Shown here piece by piece: positions 30,560 to 42,391 of a stretch of DNA of 45,775 bases; positions within the stretch are counted from its first letter, which is position 1, and the number at the start of each line of letters is the position of its first letter. The notes under the pieces are model-generated. The model ran no database searches and was not told the DNA's origin. It saw nothing but the letters and a program-made list of their open reading frames with translations. Origin of the DNA: an uncultured Rhodocyclaceae bacterium (GTDB lineage: Bacteria > Pseudomonadota > Gammaproteobacteria > Burkholderiales > Rhodocyclaceae); assembly GCA_964486795.1 (NCBI GenBank), contig CAZAOQ010000002.1, forward strand, positions 1 through 45,775, given 5' to 3'. The translations under genes and the position numbers were made by a program.

Positions 30560-31993
30560 TCAAAAATGCAGCGGCCGCTTGTCGACTGCCAGCGCCGCTT
30601 CATGCATCACTTCGGAAAGTGTCGGATGTGCGTGACAGATGCGTGCGATGTCTTCAGACGAAGCACCGAACTCCATAGCCACCACCGCCTCGGCGATCAG
30701 CTCCGATGCATTGTTGCCGATAATATGCACACCAAGAACACGGTCGGTCTGCACATCTGCAATCATTTTTACGAAGCCCGTCGTATCGCCCTGACCCAGC
30801 GCACGGCCATTCGCCGCGAAGGGAATCTGGCCAATGCGGTAGGCAATACCCTCACGCTTCAGCTGTTCCTCGGTCTTGCCAACCCATGCGATTTCCGGAT
30901 GCGTGTAGATGACCCAGGGAATCGTGTTGTAGTCGATGTGGCCAGCCTGGCCAGCGATCAGCTCGGCCACCATAATGCCTTCATCCATGCCCTTGTGTGC
31001 CAGCATCGGCCCGGGCACGACATCGCCGACAGCCCAGACGTTCTCAAGGTTAGTGCGGCAATGCGCGTCAATCTGGATGCGGCCACGCTCATCCAGTGCC
31101 AGACCGACATTTTCGCAGCCGAGCGCATCGGTGTTTGGCTGGCGACCAACCGAAACGATTAACTTGTCGCACTCGAGCGTTTGCGCACCTTCGTCCGTTT
31201 CGTATTCGACGCTGACACCATTCTTGCCGACAGTCACCTTGCCGATCTTCACGCCAAGGTGAATATTGAGACCCTGTTTGCGGGTAAACACCTTCCAAGC
31301 TTCCTTCGAGACAGCCTGGTCGGCAGCAGCAAGGAAATCGGGCATGGCTTCCAGGATGTTCACCTCCGCACCGAGACGCTTCCAGACGCTGCCGAGTTCA
31401 AGGCCAATGACGCCGGCGCCAATGACGCCCAGACGCTTCGGTACACAGTCAAATGCAAGCGCACCGGCGTTATCACAGACCAACTGGTTATCGACCGGAA
31501 TGCCATCGAGATGACGTGGCTTCGATCCGGTCGCGACAATGACGTGCTTCGCCAGCACTATCTCGCTGGTCTTGCCAGCGACATTGACTTGCCACAGTTC
31601 GCCCTCACGTCCGACAAAGCTGCCACGACCGGCGAGAAGTGTCACCTTGTTCTTCTTGAACAAGCCGCGGATACCGGAGGTAAGCTGGGTGACGATATTC
31701 TCCTTGCGGCGAACCATCGTTGTCACGTCCATCCTGACGTTATCGACACTGATGCCATGCATGACGAAAGAATGTCCCGCCTGATCGTAAAGCTCTGACG
31801 ATTGCAGCAAGGCCTTCGACGGGATGCAGCCCACATTCAGGCATGTGCCACCGAGGCGCACCTCGCCCTTTGGGTCCGCATAGCTCTCTGACTCAATGCA
31901 GGCGACGCTGAAACCGAGTTGCGCGGCACGGATTGCGGCAACGTAGCCACCCGGGCCAGCACCGATAACAACAACATCAAATTGATTGGCCAT
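30560..31993 (-). CDS. lpdA: Dihydrolipoamide dehydrogenase
   Basis: [32 protein letters not shown]. Confidence 0.97.
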   Translation of the reverse strand: MANQFDVVVIGAGPGGYVAAIRAAQLGFSVACIESESYADPKGEVRLGGTCLNVGCIPSKALLQSSELYDQAGHSFVMHGISVDNVRMDVTTMVRRKENIVTQLTSGIRGLFKKNKVTLLAGRGSFVGREGELWQVNVAGKTSEIVLAKHVIVATGSKPRHLDGIPVDNQLVCDNAGALAFDCVPKRLGVIGAGVIGLELGSVWKRLGAEVNILEAMPDFLAAADQAVSKEAWKVFTRKQGLNIHLGVKIGKVTVGKNGVSVEYETDEGAQTLECDKLIVSVGRQPNTDALGCENVGLALDERGRIQIDAHCRTNLENVWAVGDVVPGPMLAHKGMDEGIMVAELIAGQAGHIDYNTIPWVIYTHPEIAWVGKTEEQLKREGIAYRIGQIPFAANGRALGQGDTTGFVKMIADVQTDRVLGVHIIGNNASELIAEAVVAMEFGASSEDIARICHAHPTLSEVMHEAALAVDKRPLHF

Positions 31994-32157
31994 AGCTTGT
32001 GTGAGGAATGAGGGGTGGGCGTGAGGAATAAAACCTCAGGTCCAGACCCGCCTGCGCCTCAAGTCCTCCAGAAAATATTTGATAAACGATACGAGGCGAG
32101 AAGGAACGCGCAAGAACCAAGCGTCACCGTTCCTTACAACGCCCACTCATCACTGAA

Positions 32158-33390
32158 TCACAGATCCAATAGCAGGCGTGCCGGATCTTCCAGCGCATCC
32201 TTCATCGCAACAAGACCCAGTACGGCTTCACGACCATCGATGATGCGATGGTCGTAGGACATCGCGAGATAGTTGATCGGACGGATGACAATCTGGCCGT
32301 TCTCGACCACCGGGCGATCCTTAGTGGCGTGAATGCCGAGAATGGCTGATTGCGGCGGATTGATAATGGGTGTCGAGAGCATGGAGCCAAACACGCCGCC
32401 GTTCGAAATTGAGAAGGTGCCACCCGTGAGCTCCTCAATGGTCAGCTTGCCGTCTTTGGCCTTGTTGCCAAATTCGGCAACCTTCTTTTCGATCTCCGCC
32501 AATGAGAGTTGATCAGCATCACGCAGGATGGGTACGACCAGACCACGCGGGCTGCCGACGGCAATACCAATGTCAAAGTAGCCGTGATAGACGATATCGT
32601 TACCGTCGATTGAGGCGTTCAGCACCGGATAGCGCTTCAAAGCGGCGACCGCTGCCTTGATGAAGAAGGACATGAAGCCGAGCTTGACGCCGTGTTCCTT
32701 TTCGAATTTGTCTTTGTACCGGCTGCGCAACTCCATGACCGGCGCCATGTTAACTTCATTGAATGTGGTCAGAATGGCGGCCGTTGATTGCGACTGCACC
32801 AGTCGTTCGGCAATGCGCGCGCGCAACCGCGACATGGGCACACGCTGCTCAGGGCGCTCGCCAAGTACTGTGTCGAGGCTGACCGCGACCGGCTGGGCAA
32901 GCGGCGCCTTGGGCGCAGCCACAGGCGCAACAGGCGCAACACCGACAGCGGACGATGCGGGGGCAGCAGGTGTGCCGAGCACGTCACCCTTGGTGATACG
33001 CCCTCCGCGACCACTTCCTTCGAGACTCGCGGCATCGATCCCCTTCTCCGCCATCAGCTTGCGCGCCGCCGGCATGACGGCGGGAGCACTTGCCGCTGCC
33101 ACGGGTGCAGCTGCAGCAGGCGCAGCGACTGGGCTCGCAGCCGTCGCGGCACCATCACTGTCAATCAGTGCGACCACCTCGCCACTAACCACCGTGGCGC
33201 CATCGCCCTTCAAAATCTTGCTGATGACACCGCCAGACGGCGCGGGCAATTCAAGGACCACTTTATCGGTTTCGATGTCGACGAGGTTCTCATCGCGCTC
33301 GACCGCCTCGCCGACTTTCTTGTGCCAGCTGACCAGCGTCGCTTCGGCAACGGATTCAGACAACTGCGGAACTTTGACTTCGATTAGCAT
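32158..33390 (-). CDS. sucB: 2-oxoglutarate dehydrogenase E2 (dihydrolipoamide succinyltransferase)
   Basis: Lipoyl [25 protein letters not shown]. Confidence 0.97.
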   Translation of the reverse strand: MLIEVKVPQLSESVAEATLVSWHKKVGEAVERDENLVDIETDKVVLELPAPSGGVISKILKGDGATVVSGEVVALIDSDGAATAASPVAAPAAAAPVAAASAPAVMPAARKLMAEKGIDAASLEGSGRGGRITKGDVLGTPAAPASSAVGVAPVAPVAAPKAPLAQPVAVSLDTVLGERPEQRVPMSRLRARIAERLVQSQSTAAILTTFNEVNMAPVMELRSRYKDKFEKEHGVKLGFMSFFIKAAVAALKRYPVLNASIDGNDIVYHGYFDIGIAVGSPRGLVVPILRDADQLSLAEIEKKVAEFGNKAKDGKLTIEELTGGTFSISNGGVFGSMLSTPIINPPQSAILGIHATKDRPVVENGQIVIRPINYLAMSYDHRIIDGREAVLGLVAMKDALEDPARLLLDL

Positions 33391-33405
33391 GACGACTCCT
33401 TCGAA

Positions 33406-36243
33406 TTACTCTGCAGACCCCTTGAGCTTGCTACTGCTGCCCAAGGCTGTCTCGATAACGGTGCGCTGCTGCGCGGTATGCTTGGAATGGTAGCCAACTG
33501 CCGGCGAGGCCGCCGCTGGGCGTGCCACACCATGCAAGGTTTGACCTTCGCGCAGACCAATAGTGAAATGATGCCGTGACGAGTACCAGGCGCCCTGATT
33601 GAGCGGCTCTTCCTGACACCAGACGACTTCTTTGGCATTCGGATATTTCTTGATTTCGGCTGCGTAGGCTTTGGCCGGGAAGGGATACAACTGCTCGACA
33701 CGCAGCAGCGCGACGTCGGTCTGCTTCTTCTCACGTCGTGCGGCGGCCAGATCGTAGTAGATTTTCCCCGAGCACAAAACGATGCGCCTGACCTTCTTGG
33801 CGTCCAGCGCATCGACTTCGCCGATCAGCGGCTTGAAGCTGCCGTTGGACAGATCGTCGAGCGCAGAGACAGCGTCCTTGTGACGCAGTAGCGATTTCGG
33901 CGTCATCACGATCAGCGGCTTGCGTATCTTGCGCAGTGCCTGCCGGCGCAGCAGGTGGAAAATCTGGGCAGGTGTTGATGGCACACAGACCTGCATATTG
34001 TGCTCGGCACAAAGCTGCATATAGCGTTCGATGCGCGCCGAGGAGTGCTCCGGTCCCTGCCCTTCGTAACCATGCGGCAAAAGCATCACCAGATTGCAGA
34101 GACGCCCCCACTTCGCTTCACCAGAACTGATGAACTGGTCAATGACAACCTGCGCACCGTTGGCGAAGTCGCCAAACTGGCCTTCCCAGATCACCAGTTC
34201 GTTAGGCTCAGTCGTTGAATAACCGTATTCGAAGGCAAGCACGGCTTCTTCAGAAAGAACCGAGTCAATGACGATGAATGGCGCCTGACCTTCCTGGATA
34301 TGCTGAAGCGGCACATAGTTCCCGGCATCCCAGCGCTCGCGGTTCTGATCATGCAGCACCGCATGGCGGTGAAAGAATGTACCGCGTGCGCTATCCTCAC
34401 CGGATAACCGTACACCATAGCCTTCGACAAGCAAAGTGGCGTAAGCCAGCGTCTCACCCATACCCCAGTCCAGAGCGTGCGTGCCGCTGCCCATCGCCTT
34501 TCGGTCATCGATAATCTTCTGGACGCGTGAGTGCAGCGTGAAGTCGGCCGGAATCCTAGTGACGCTTTCAATCAAACGCTTGATATCCGCTGCCGGCACT
34601 TTGGTATTGCAAACGTCCGTGTAGTCTTTATTTAGGAATGGCGTCCAATCCACTGCGTATTTACGCTTGTAGTCTGACAGTACGGGACTCTCGACGACGC
34701 GCCCCTCGTCGAGCGCTGTGCGGAAATCCTTGATCATCTGATCAGGCTCTTCGGGCTTCACCACACCCTGAAGAACCAAACGATCAGCATAAAGCTTGCG
34801 GGTACCGGGGTGTGCGGCAACCCTCTTGTACATCAGTGGCTGGGTGACCATCGGCTCATCCTGCTCGTTGTGTCCGAGCTTACGGAAACAGATCAGATCG
34901 ATAACAACATCTTTTTTAAATTCCTTGCGGAAGTCGATCGCGAGCTGCGTCACCAGTGCAACTGCTTCCGGATCGTCACCGTTGACATGGAATATCGGCG
35001 CCTCGATCATCTTGAAGATGTCGGTGCAATATAGGGAGGAACGGTAGTCACGCGGATCGGAGGTCGTAAAGCCGATCTGATTGTTGACGACGATATGCAC
35101 CGTGCCACCCGTGCCATAACCTCGCGTCTGCGAGAAGTTGAGCATTTCCTGATTGACACCCTGCCCCGCCACCGCAGCATCGCCGTGCAGCAACAGACCG
35201 AGAACCTTGTCGCCCGTTTCGTCCTTGCGCCAGCGCTGACGCGCATAGACCGAGCCCGCCACCACCGGATTGACGATTTCAAGGTGTGAGGGGTTGAAAG
35301 CCAGCGAAAGGTGCACCGGGCCACCAGGCGTTGAAACGTCCGAGGAGAAGCCGTTGTGGTACTTCACGTCACCGGCCGAAAGTTCGTCGGCGTGCTTGCC
35401 CTCAAATTCGGAAAAGAGCATCTGCGGCGTCTTGCACAGCGTATTCACGAGAACATTGAGGCGCCCGCGGTGAGCCATGCCGATCACGATCTCCTCAACA
35501 CCCTGGCTGCCCGCCCTGCGAATCAGTTCATCCAGAGCGACGATGGTCGACTCGCCACCTTCCAGCGAGAAGCGTTTCTGGCCAACGTAGCGGGTGTGCA
35601 GATAGCGCTCGAGGGTTTCTGCCGCCGTCAGTCGGTCAAGAAAGCGCTTCTTCTGCTCGACACTGAAATCCGGAGTGGAGCGGATCGCCTCGAGACGCGA
35701 CTGTATCCAGCGCTTCTGCGAGATGTCGCTCATGTACATGTACTCGGCGCCAATCGAGCCGCAATAGGTTTGGCGGAGGCCTTCAAGAATCTCGCGCAGG
35801 CTTGCGTTCTCGGTACCAAAGGCAAAGGAACCGGTATTGAAGACGACGCCGAGATCAGCCTCGGTGAAACCATAAAAAGCCGGATCAAGCTCCGCGATTG
35901 TCGGGCGCTCGGCACGCTTCAACGGATCAAGTTGGGCCCACCGGTTGCCGAGGAAACGATAGGCATTGATCAGTTGCAGGATCTTAACCTGCCGCGTATC
36001 AGCGATGGGTGTCGCCGCAGCGGGTCGCAGGGTACCCAACTTAGCACGTTGCGCGAACGACGCAACGATGGGCGCATGCGCCACGTCGACAGGTGCACCG
36101 GGGAGATTCTGCAGCTTATCGAAGTATTCGCGCCAAGCAGGTGTGACGGACGCCGGGTTTTCTAGGTAGCTCTCATAGAGATCCTCGATGAAAGGCGCAT
36201 TGGCGCCGAAGAGGTACGAGTTGCCGAGCATTTGCTTCATCAT
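33406..36243 (-). CDS. sucA: 2-oxoglutarate dehydrogenase E1
   Basis: SYLFGAN N-terminus, GMAHRGRLN, HGDAA, WEGQFGDF; start ATG 36243 after AGGAGG. Confidence 0.97.
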   Translation of the reverse strand: MMKQMLGNSYLFGANAPFIEDLYESYLENPASVTPAWREYFDKLQNLPGAPVDVAHAPIVASFAQRAKLGTLRPAAATPIADTRQVKILQLINAYRFLGNRWAQLDPLKRAERPTIAELDPAFYGFTEADLGVVFNTGSFAFGTENASLREILEGLRQTYCGSIGAEYMYMSDISQKRWIQSRLEAIRSTPDFSVEQKKRFLDRLTAAETLERYLHTRYVGQKRFSLEGGESTIVALDELIRRAGSQGVEEIVIGMAHRGRLNVLVNTLCKTPQMLFSEFEGKHADELSAGDVKYHNGFSSDVSTPGGPVHLSLAFNPSHLEIVNPVVAGSVYARQRWRKDETGDKVLGLLLHGDAAVAGQGVNQEMLNFSQTRGYGTGGTVHIVVNNQIGFTTSDPRDYRSSLYCTDIFKMIEAPIFHVNGDDPEAVALVTQLAIDFRKEFKKDVVIDLICFRKLGHNEQDEPMVTQPLMYKRVAAHPGTRKLYADRLVLQGVVKPEEPDQMIKDFRTALDEGRVVESPVLSDYKRKYAVDWTPFLNKDYTDVCNTKVPAADIKRLIESVTRIPADFTLHSRVQKIIDDRKAMGSGTHALDWGMGETLAYATLLVEGYGVRLSGEDSARGTFFHRHAVLHDQNRERWDAGNYVPLQHIQEGQAPFIVIDSVLSEEAVLAFEYGYSTTEPNELVIWEGQFGDFANGAQVVIDQFISSGEAKWGRLCNLVMLLPHGYEGQGPEHSSARIERYMQLCAEHNMQVCVPSTPAQIFHLLRRQALRKIRKPLIVMTPKSLLRHKDAVSALDDLSNGSFKPLIGEVDALDAKKVRRIVLCSGKIYYDLAAARREKKQTDVALLRVEQLYPFPAKAYAAEIKKYPNAKEVVWCQEEPLNQGAWYSSRHHFTIGLREGQTLHGVARPAAASPAVGYHSKHTAQQRTVIETALGSSSKLKGSAE

Positions 36244-36509
36244 GGGTGAGAGCCTCCTGAACGAGGGGCAGAAATCTTGGGGCTGGAACACGAAGCCGGC
36301 CCGGCGCAATATCGCCAGCGACAAGCATCCTGTATACGGAAATAGTTTCGGGAATTAACGAGCAGCGACCATTCGGTGAGAAAGTTGCGTTGTAAATGGC
36401 AAAAACAGTAGCAATACCAACACTGATGCAAATGACATTACCATTGACCGAGTTAGTGCAAGACACCGATAACAGCTTCTGGCCGTTATCGGCTCACGCT
36501 CCTGACAAA

Positions 36510-37802
36510 TTAACGTTTATGGAGGGGTTGCACGTCCCGACGCGCTGCACCCACATAAAGCTGACGAGGGCGACCAATCTGCTGCTCCGGATCGGCAATC
36601 ATCTCGTACCACTGCGAAATCCAGCCGACGGTCCGGGCCATTGCAAAAATACCGGTGAAGAGTGGCGTTGGAATACCCAGCGCACGTTGAACGATACCGG
36701 AATAGAAGTCGACGTTCGGATACAACTTTTTCTCAATGAAATAGTCATCCTCAAGCGCGATACGCTCAAGCTCGATGGCCAGTTCGAACAACGGGTCATT
36801 CTGCAGGCCAAGTTCGTTGAGAACCTCATGACAGGTTTCGCGCATCAGCTTGGCACGCGGGTCAAAGTTCTTGTAGACACGGTGACCGAAGCCCATCAGC
36901 TTGAAGCTGTCATTCTTGTCCTTGGCGCGGGCAATGTACTCTTTGACACGCGAAACATTACCAATCTCTTCCAGCATCTGCAGACAGGCCTCGTTGGCGC
37001 CACCATGGGCAGGCCCCCACAGGCAGGCGATACCGGCGGAAATGCAGGCGAAGGGATTTGCACCCGAAGAACCTGCCAGGCGCACCGTCGAGGTTGATGC
37101 ATTCTGTTCGTGATCGGCATGGAGAATCAGGATACGATCAAGCGCACGCGTCAACACGGGGTTTGGCACGTAGGTTTCGCACGGCGTGGCGAACATCATG
37201 TACATGAAATTGCTGGCGTAGTCGAGATCATTGCGCGGATACATGAAAGGCTGACCGGCACCATACTTGTATGCCATGGCGACGATCGTTGGCATCTTGG
37301 CGATCAGGCGATGGGCCGAGATGTCACGATGATGCTGGTCACTAATGTCCATGGCATCGTGATAGAAGGCGGACAGCGCACCCACCACACCGACCATGAC
37401 GGCCATCGGGTGTGCATCACGACGGAAACCCTGATAGAAGCGGGTCAGTTGCTCGTGCACCATCGTGTGATTCTTGATGGTGTCGGCGAATTCGGTCTTT
37501 TTCTGGGCGTTGGGCAGTTCGCCCTTCAGCAGCAGTTGGCAGACTTCAAGAAAATCGCAGTGTTCGGCAAGTTGTTCGATCGGGTAGCCGCGGTACAGCA
37601 ATTCACCCTTATCGCCATCGATGTAGGTGATGGTGGACTTGCACGCAGCCGTCGACATGAAGCCAGGGTCGAAAGTGAAGGCGCCAGTCTTACCGTAAAG
37701 ACTGCGGATATCAATGACATCCGGGCCAATAACGCCGGACTCGACGGGAAAGTCGATGGTCTTGCCTTCGAGCGAAAGAGTAGCGATGCGTTCCGTGGTC
37801 AT
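36510..37802 (-). CDS. gltA: Citrate synthase (type II)
   Basis: [44 protein letters not shown]. Confidence 0.97.
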   Translation of the reverse strand: MTTERIATLSLEGKTIDFPVESGVIGPDVIDIRSLYGKTGAFTFDPGFMSTAACKSTITYIDGDKGELLYRGYPIEQLAEHCDFLEVCQLLLKGELPNAQKKTEFADTIKNHTMVHEQLTRFYQGFRRDAHPMAVMVGVVGALSAFYHDAMDISDQHHRDISAHRLIAKMPTIVAMAYKYGAGQPFMYPRNDLDYASNFMYMMFATPCETYVPNPVLTRALDRILILHADHEQNASTSTVRLAGSSGANPFACISAGIACLWGPAHGGANEACLQMLEEIGNVSRVKEYIARAKDKNDSFKLMGFGHRVYKNFDPRAKLMRETCHEVLNELGLQNDPLFELAIELERIALEDDYFIEKKLYPNVDFYSGIVQRALGIPTPLFTGIFAMARTVGWISQWYEMIADPEQQIGRPRQLYVGAARRDVQPLHKR

Positions 37803-37893
37803 GGTAGATCCCCAATGGAGTCAAAAATTGAATCAGGATTCGAAGTATGAAAATACCTAAATCAAATGTCGTGCGATATAAATTGCTTTTTAC

Positions 37894-38151
37894 TCAGGCC
37901 TTCATCAGAACTTCAATCGTATTTTCCCAGCGAGGATCTGGAGTTTCCTGACGACCGCACATCATATCCCACAGGTCATGGTCCTCCAATTCCAGCAACT
38001 CCTCCAGAATCCGCGCCTGTTCAGCATCAAGGCTTTCTTCGCCCAATCGCTGCCAGAACCGATCCAGCACCAGATCGAGTTCCAGCAACGCACGGCGCGA
38101 ATGCCACTTGAGCCGGCCGATTGATGGAGCTGGTCGAACTGGCACGTTCAT
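37894..38151 (-). CDS. sdhE: Succinate dehydrogenase assembly factor (SdhE/Sdh5)
   Basis: RLKWHSRRALLELDLVL...LLELEDHDLW; lies between sdhB and gltA. Confidence 0.88.
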   Translation of the reverse strand: MNVPVRPAPSIGRLKWHSRRALLELDLVLDRFWQRLGEESLDAEQARILEELLELEDHDLWDMMCGRQETPDPRWENTIEVLMKA

Positions 38152-38158
38152 CGCCTTG

Positions 38159-38884
38159 TCATACTGCGCGGCGGACCATCCGGTCCTTGATCTTGCCGAT
38201 TGCCTCGGCGGGATTGAGACCCTTCGGGCAGATATCGGCACAATTCATGATCGTATGGCAGCGGAACAGTCGGTAGGGATCGTTCAGATTGTCCAGACGT
38301 TCATTGGTTGCCTGATCGCGCGTATCGGCAATGAAACGATAAGCGGCGAGCAAGCCGGCCGGACCAACATACTTATCCGGATTCCACCAGAACGACGGAC
38401 ACGCCGTCGAGCAGCAAGCACACAGGATGCATTCATAGAGGCCGTTCAGTTCCTCACGATCCTCTGGTGACTGCAGGCGTTCGCGCTCGGGAGGGTGATC
38501 GTTGTTGATTAGATAAGGCTTGATCGAGTGATATTGCTTAAAGAACTGCGTCATATCGACAATCAGGTCACGAACTACCGGCAGGCCCGGCAACGGACGC
38601 AGGACAATCGGCTGCTGCAACGAATCAATCTCGGTCAGACAGGCCAGACCATTTCTGCCATTGATGTTCATCGCATCCGAACCGCAGATACCTTCGCGGC
38701 AGGAGCGCCGGAAAGAAAGCGAGTCATCGTAATATTTCAGCTTGACGATGGCGTCGAGCAGTTTACGGTCAGTCGAATCCAGCTCAACCGTAATATCCTG
38801 CATATACGGTTTGGTGTCCTTATCCGGGTTGTAGCGATAGATCTTGAACTTGACAGAGCGCTTGTGATTTTCGGTAGTCATCAT
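38159..38884 (-). CDS. sdhB: Succinate dehydrogenase iron-sulfur subunit
   Basis: SCREGICGSD, CILCACCSTACP, CHTIMNC..ICPKGL. Confidence 0.97.
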   Translation of the reverse strand: MMTTENHKRSVKFKIYRYNPDKDTKPYMQDITVELDSTDRKLLDAIVKLKYYDDSLSFRRSCREGICGSDAMNINGRNGLACLTEIDSLQQPIVLRPLPGLPVVRDLIVDMTQFFKQYHSIKPYLINNDHPPERERLQSPEDREELNGLYECILCACCSTACPSFWWNPDKYVGPAGLLAAYRFIADTRDQATNERLDNLNDPYRLFRCHTIMNCADICPKGLNPAEAIGKIKDRMVRRAV

Positions 38885-38909
38885 CGGTTCCTTGTCGTCT
38901 GGGCGGCCA

Positions 38910-40682
38910 TCAATAAGCGCGTTTCTTGAGCTCGATGGAGTCGACCGTCAGCGGTTTCATCTGCACCGGCTTGTATTCGAGGCGGTTGCCGTCACGGTGC
39001 CAGAGTGTGTGCTTGAGCCAGTTCTTGTCGTCACGCCCGTTAGGTGTTTCGGTCGTATCGAGTGCGTCATCGCGAACGTGGGCGCCACGCGACTCCTTGC
39101 GAGCCTCGGCGGAAACCATCGTAGCCTTGGCCACTTCGATCAGATTATCGAGTTCGAGTGCTTCAAGGCGTGCGGTGTTGAATACCTGCGACTTGTCCTT
39201 GATTTCGGTCTGCGCAACCTGCTTCTCGATGTCGAGGATCTTCTCAACCCCCTGTTTGAGCAAGTCGTTGAAACGAAACACGCCGCAGTGGGCCTGCATG
39301 CTGCGCTGCATCGCAAGGCGCGTTTCATGGACGTTGGCGCCGTCTTTCTGGTTGTTAAGACGATCGACGCGGGCAACGCTGCGCTCAATCACATCCATCG
39401 GCAGCGGTTTATGCGACTTGGTGCCGTTCTTCAACTCATCGACCGCCGTCTCGCCGGCCGACTTACCAAACACCAGCAGGTCGAGCAAAGAATTGGTCCC
39501 GAGGCGGTTGGCGCCATGCACCGAGGCACAGGCACACTCGCCGGCCGCATAGAAACCGGGAACCGGACCATCCAGCGTCACAACCTGGCCGAGATAATTA
39601 GTCGGAATGCCGCCCATCTGGTAATGGCAGGTCGGTACCACCGGCAGCGGTTCCTTGATGCAGTCGACACCGGCGAACTGGATGCCAATTTCATGAATAC
39701 CGGGCAAACGTTTCATGATGGTGGCCGGATCAAGGTGGGTGATGTCGAGCAGCACGTAATCTTTGTGCGGACCACAGCCACGGCCTTCATTAATTTCGGT
39801 AACCATGGCCCGCGACACGACATCGCGCGAGGCTAGGTCCTTGGCGTTCGGCGCATAACGCTCCATGAAGCGCTCGCCCAAACTATTGCGCAGAATGCCG
39901 CCTTCGCCACGCACGCCCTCGGTGATCAGCACCCCCGCACCGGCAACACCGGTTGGATGAAACTGCCAAAACTCCATGTCCTCGAGCGGAATACCGGCGC
40001 GCGCCGCCATGCCGACACCGTCGCCGGTGTTGATGAAGGCGTTGGTCGAAGAATAATAGATGCGGCCCGAGCCGCCCGTTGCAAAGATCGTTACCTTGGC
40101 ATGGAACATGACGATCTCGCCTGTCTCCATGTCCATCGCGGTCACGCCGACGACCGCGCCCTCGGCGTCGCGGATCAAATCCAGCGCCATCCATTCGACG
40201 AAGAACTGGGTGTTGACCTTGACGTTGCGCTGATACATCGCGTGCAGCATCGCGTGACCGGTACGGTCTGCGGCGGCACAAGAGCGACGTACCGGCTTCT
40301 CGCCGAAGTTCGACATATGGCCACCGAACGGACGCTGATAGATGCGGCCGTTGTCGAGACGATCGAACGGCATGCCGTAGTGTTCCAGCTCGACCACCAC
40401 TTCGTTGGCTTTGCGACACATGAACTCGATCGCGTCCTGGTCGCCGAGCCAGTCGGAGCCCTTGACGGTGTCGTACATATGCCAGTGCCAGTGATCTTCC
40501 TCGGAATTACCCAGCGAGGCGGCGACACCACCTTGCGCGGCGACGGTATGCGAGCGCGTCGGAAAGACCTTGGTCAGGACCGCAGTCTTCAGACCGGCTT
40601 CGGACAGTTGAATCGCAGAACGCAAGCCAGCGCCACCGGCGCCGACGATCACTGCATCAAATTTACGAACGGGAATATTCAC
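38910..40682 (-). CDS. sdhA: Succinate dehydrogenase flavoprotein subunit
   Basis: VGAGGAG, RSHTVAAQGG, QFHPTG, HGANRLG. Confidence 0.97.
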   Translation of the reverse strand: MNIPVRKFDAVIVGAGGAGLRSAIQLSEAGLKTAVLTKVFPTRSHTVAAQGGVAASLGNSEEDHWHWHMYDTVKGSDWLGDQDAIEFMCRKANEVVVELEHYGMPFDRLDNGRIYQRPFGGHMSNFGEKPVRRSCAAADRTGHAMLHAMYQRNVKVNTQFFVEWMALDLIRDAEGAVVGVTAMDMETGEIVMFHAKVTIFATGGSGRIYYSSTNAFINTGDGVGMAARAGIPLEDMEFWQFHPTGVAGAGVLITEGVRGEGGILRNSLGERFMERYAPNAKDLASRDVVSRAMVTEINEGRGCGPHKDYVLLDITHLDPATIMKRLPGIHEIGIQFAGVDCIKEPLPVVPTCHYQMGGIPTNYLGQVVTLDGPVPGFYAAGECACASVHGANRLGTNSLLDLLVFGKSAGETAVDELKNGTKSHKPLPMDVIERSVARVDRLNNQKDGANVHETRLAMQRSMQAHCGVFRFNDLLKQGVEKILDIEKQVAQTEIKDKSQVFNTARLEALELDNLIEVAKATMVSAEARKESRGAHVRDDALDTTETPNGRDDKNWLKHTLWHRDGNRLEYKPVQMKPLTVDSIELKKRAY

Positions 40683-40685
40683 TTG

Positions 40686-41042
40686 TTACAGTCTCCACAG
40701 AATCTGCGTCGCCCAGCCAGTGCAGGCGATCAGGAACAGCGCCGTCGCGGCATGCAGCGCCAGGCGCAGACCCACGGGCTTGATGTAATCCATCCAGATG
40801 TCACGAATACCCACCCAAACGTGGAAGGCAAGGCTGACGATAAACAACAGGGTGATGACGCGCATGAAGGTGCCGGACATGAGCGCATGCCAACTTTCCT
40901 GCGAGAGTTTCGGCCCCAGCAGCAGCGTCAGACCCATGATGACGGAATAGGCCGCCGCCACGGCAGCAGTAATGCGCTGCAACAGCCAGTCGCCAAAGCC
41001 GTATCCGGCACCCACCACATTGCGGGTTCCACGATCTACCAT
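40686..41042 (-). CDS. sdhD: Succinate dehydrogenase hydrophobic membrane anchor
   Basis: DWLLQRITA, HVWVGIRDIWMDYIKP. Confidence 0.94.
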   Translation of the reverse strand: MVDRGTRNVVGAGYGFGDWLLQRITAAVAAAYSVIMGLTLLLGPKLSQESWHALMSGTFMRVITLLFIVSLAFHVWVGIRDIWMDYIKPVGLRLALHAATALFLIACTGWATQILWRL

Positions 41043-41419
41043 AATGCCACCCCTAAAATCACGGTCAGCGTGATGCTGACGACCAGAACCAACTTCGCAC
41101 TGACGCGCGATGCGCCGATCTCAACGCCCTTATGCATGTCGATCAGCAGAATGCGAATGCCCATGCAGAAGTGATGAATAAAGCCATACATTAATGCCAG
41201 CAGAACCAGCTTGACCACGGTGTTACTTGTGATCGCACGAAAAGTATCGAATTCCTGCGGCGACCCCAGCGAAAGCTGCAGCAGGTAGATCAAACAGGGC
41301 AGCATCAGGAACAGCCCACCACCGCTGATACGGTGCATGATCGACAGCTTGGCTGACAGGGGCAGGCGGATCTTGGACAAATCCAGGAAAACTGGACGTT
41401 GCTTGCTTATCTCAGGCAT
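41036..41419 (-). CDS. sdhC: Succinate dehydrogenase cytochrome b556 subunit
   Basis: RPVFLDL, SIMHRISG, HHFCMGIR. Confidence 0.94.
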   Translation of the reverse strand: MPEISKQRPVFLDLSKIRLPLSAKLSIMHRISGGGLFLMLPCLIYLLQLSLGSPQEFDTFRAITSNTVVKLVLLALMYGFIHHFCMGIRILLIDMHKGVEIGASRVSAKLVLVVSITLTVILGVALW

Positions 41420-41606
41420 TGGCTTCTCACTCTCATTCTTGACTTACAGACTTGGACATACTCACTCGAACTTCAGCCGGGTCGCCGGTACGACGCGAGA
41501 ACTGCACCACCCGCGAATTTTATAGCGTCGAGAATTCTAACGTAATCCCACCCTCGCGGCCAAACGCGGCAACCTGCTTCAGCCCATTGCGACGATTTTC
41601 GAACCA

Positions 41607-42359
41607 TCAGCACAACTCATTGGAATAATAATGCTCGGTTGTCGAATACAGTCCCTGCCGCCATTCCACGGGGCGATCGCCATAGGTGTAACTCACACGC
41701 TCGATCGACAATAACGGCGTTCCCTGCTCGACTTCAAGCAATTTGGCATTCCCCGTATCAGCGGCGACGGCACGGATGCGTTCCTCTGCGCGCAACATGC
41801 GCACACCAAAGTTTGTTTCCAGCAGACTGTAGAAAGACCCTTTGTATTCTTGAAGCATTTCAAGGTCGAGGCCGACAAACAGTTCACCAGGCAGATAGAT
41901 TTCCTCGATGACCACCGGCTTGCCGGAAAACTTGAGCAGACGACGGATGATGGTAATCGGTGCGCCGAACTTGATACCCAGCGTGCGCGCCGCCTCGTGA
42001 CCCGCCTTGGCACGCCAGCACTCGAGCGGAACGCTTTGTGGCGCGTCGAGCGCGCCATTTTCGGGAACCAGGCGCAGGAAACGGAAGGCCTCACGCGGCC
42101 CGGCATCATTGTGCGATGCAACGTAGGTTCCCTTACCCTGGCGGCGAACCAGCATGTTCTCAGCCGCCATCTCGTCAACCGCCTTGCGTACCGTGCCTTG
42201 GCTGACACTGAACCGTGAAGCCAGTTCAGATTCGCTCGGAATCGCCTCACCGGGACGCCACTCACCCGCCTCAAGGCCTTGCAGGATCAAAGTCTTGATC
42301 TGGCGATAGAGCGGGCTGAACGTCGGTGCGAGTGGGGCATCCTGCAACATGGGGGACAT
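41607..42359 (-). CDS. GntR/HutC-family regulator with UTRA domain (SdhR-like)
   Basis: PLYRQIK, PSESELA..FSVSQGTVRKA, RRQGKGTYV; conserved position between sdhC and mdh. Confidence 0.9.
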   Translation of the reverse strand: MSPMLQDAPLAPTFSPLYRQIKTLILQGLEAGEWRPGEAIPSESELASRFSVSQGTVRKAVDEMAAENMLVRRQGKGTYVASHNDAGPREAFRFLRLVPENGALDAPQSVPLECWRAKAGHEAARTLGIKFGAPITIIRRLLKFSGKPVVIEEIYLPGELFVGLDLEMLQEYKGSFYSLLETNFGVRMLRAEERIRAVAADTGNAKLLEVEQGTPLLSIERVSYTYGDRPVEWRQGLYSTTEHYYSNELC

Positions 42360-42391
42360 TTCAGCACAATTTACAGAGATCGTCTAGACCA

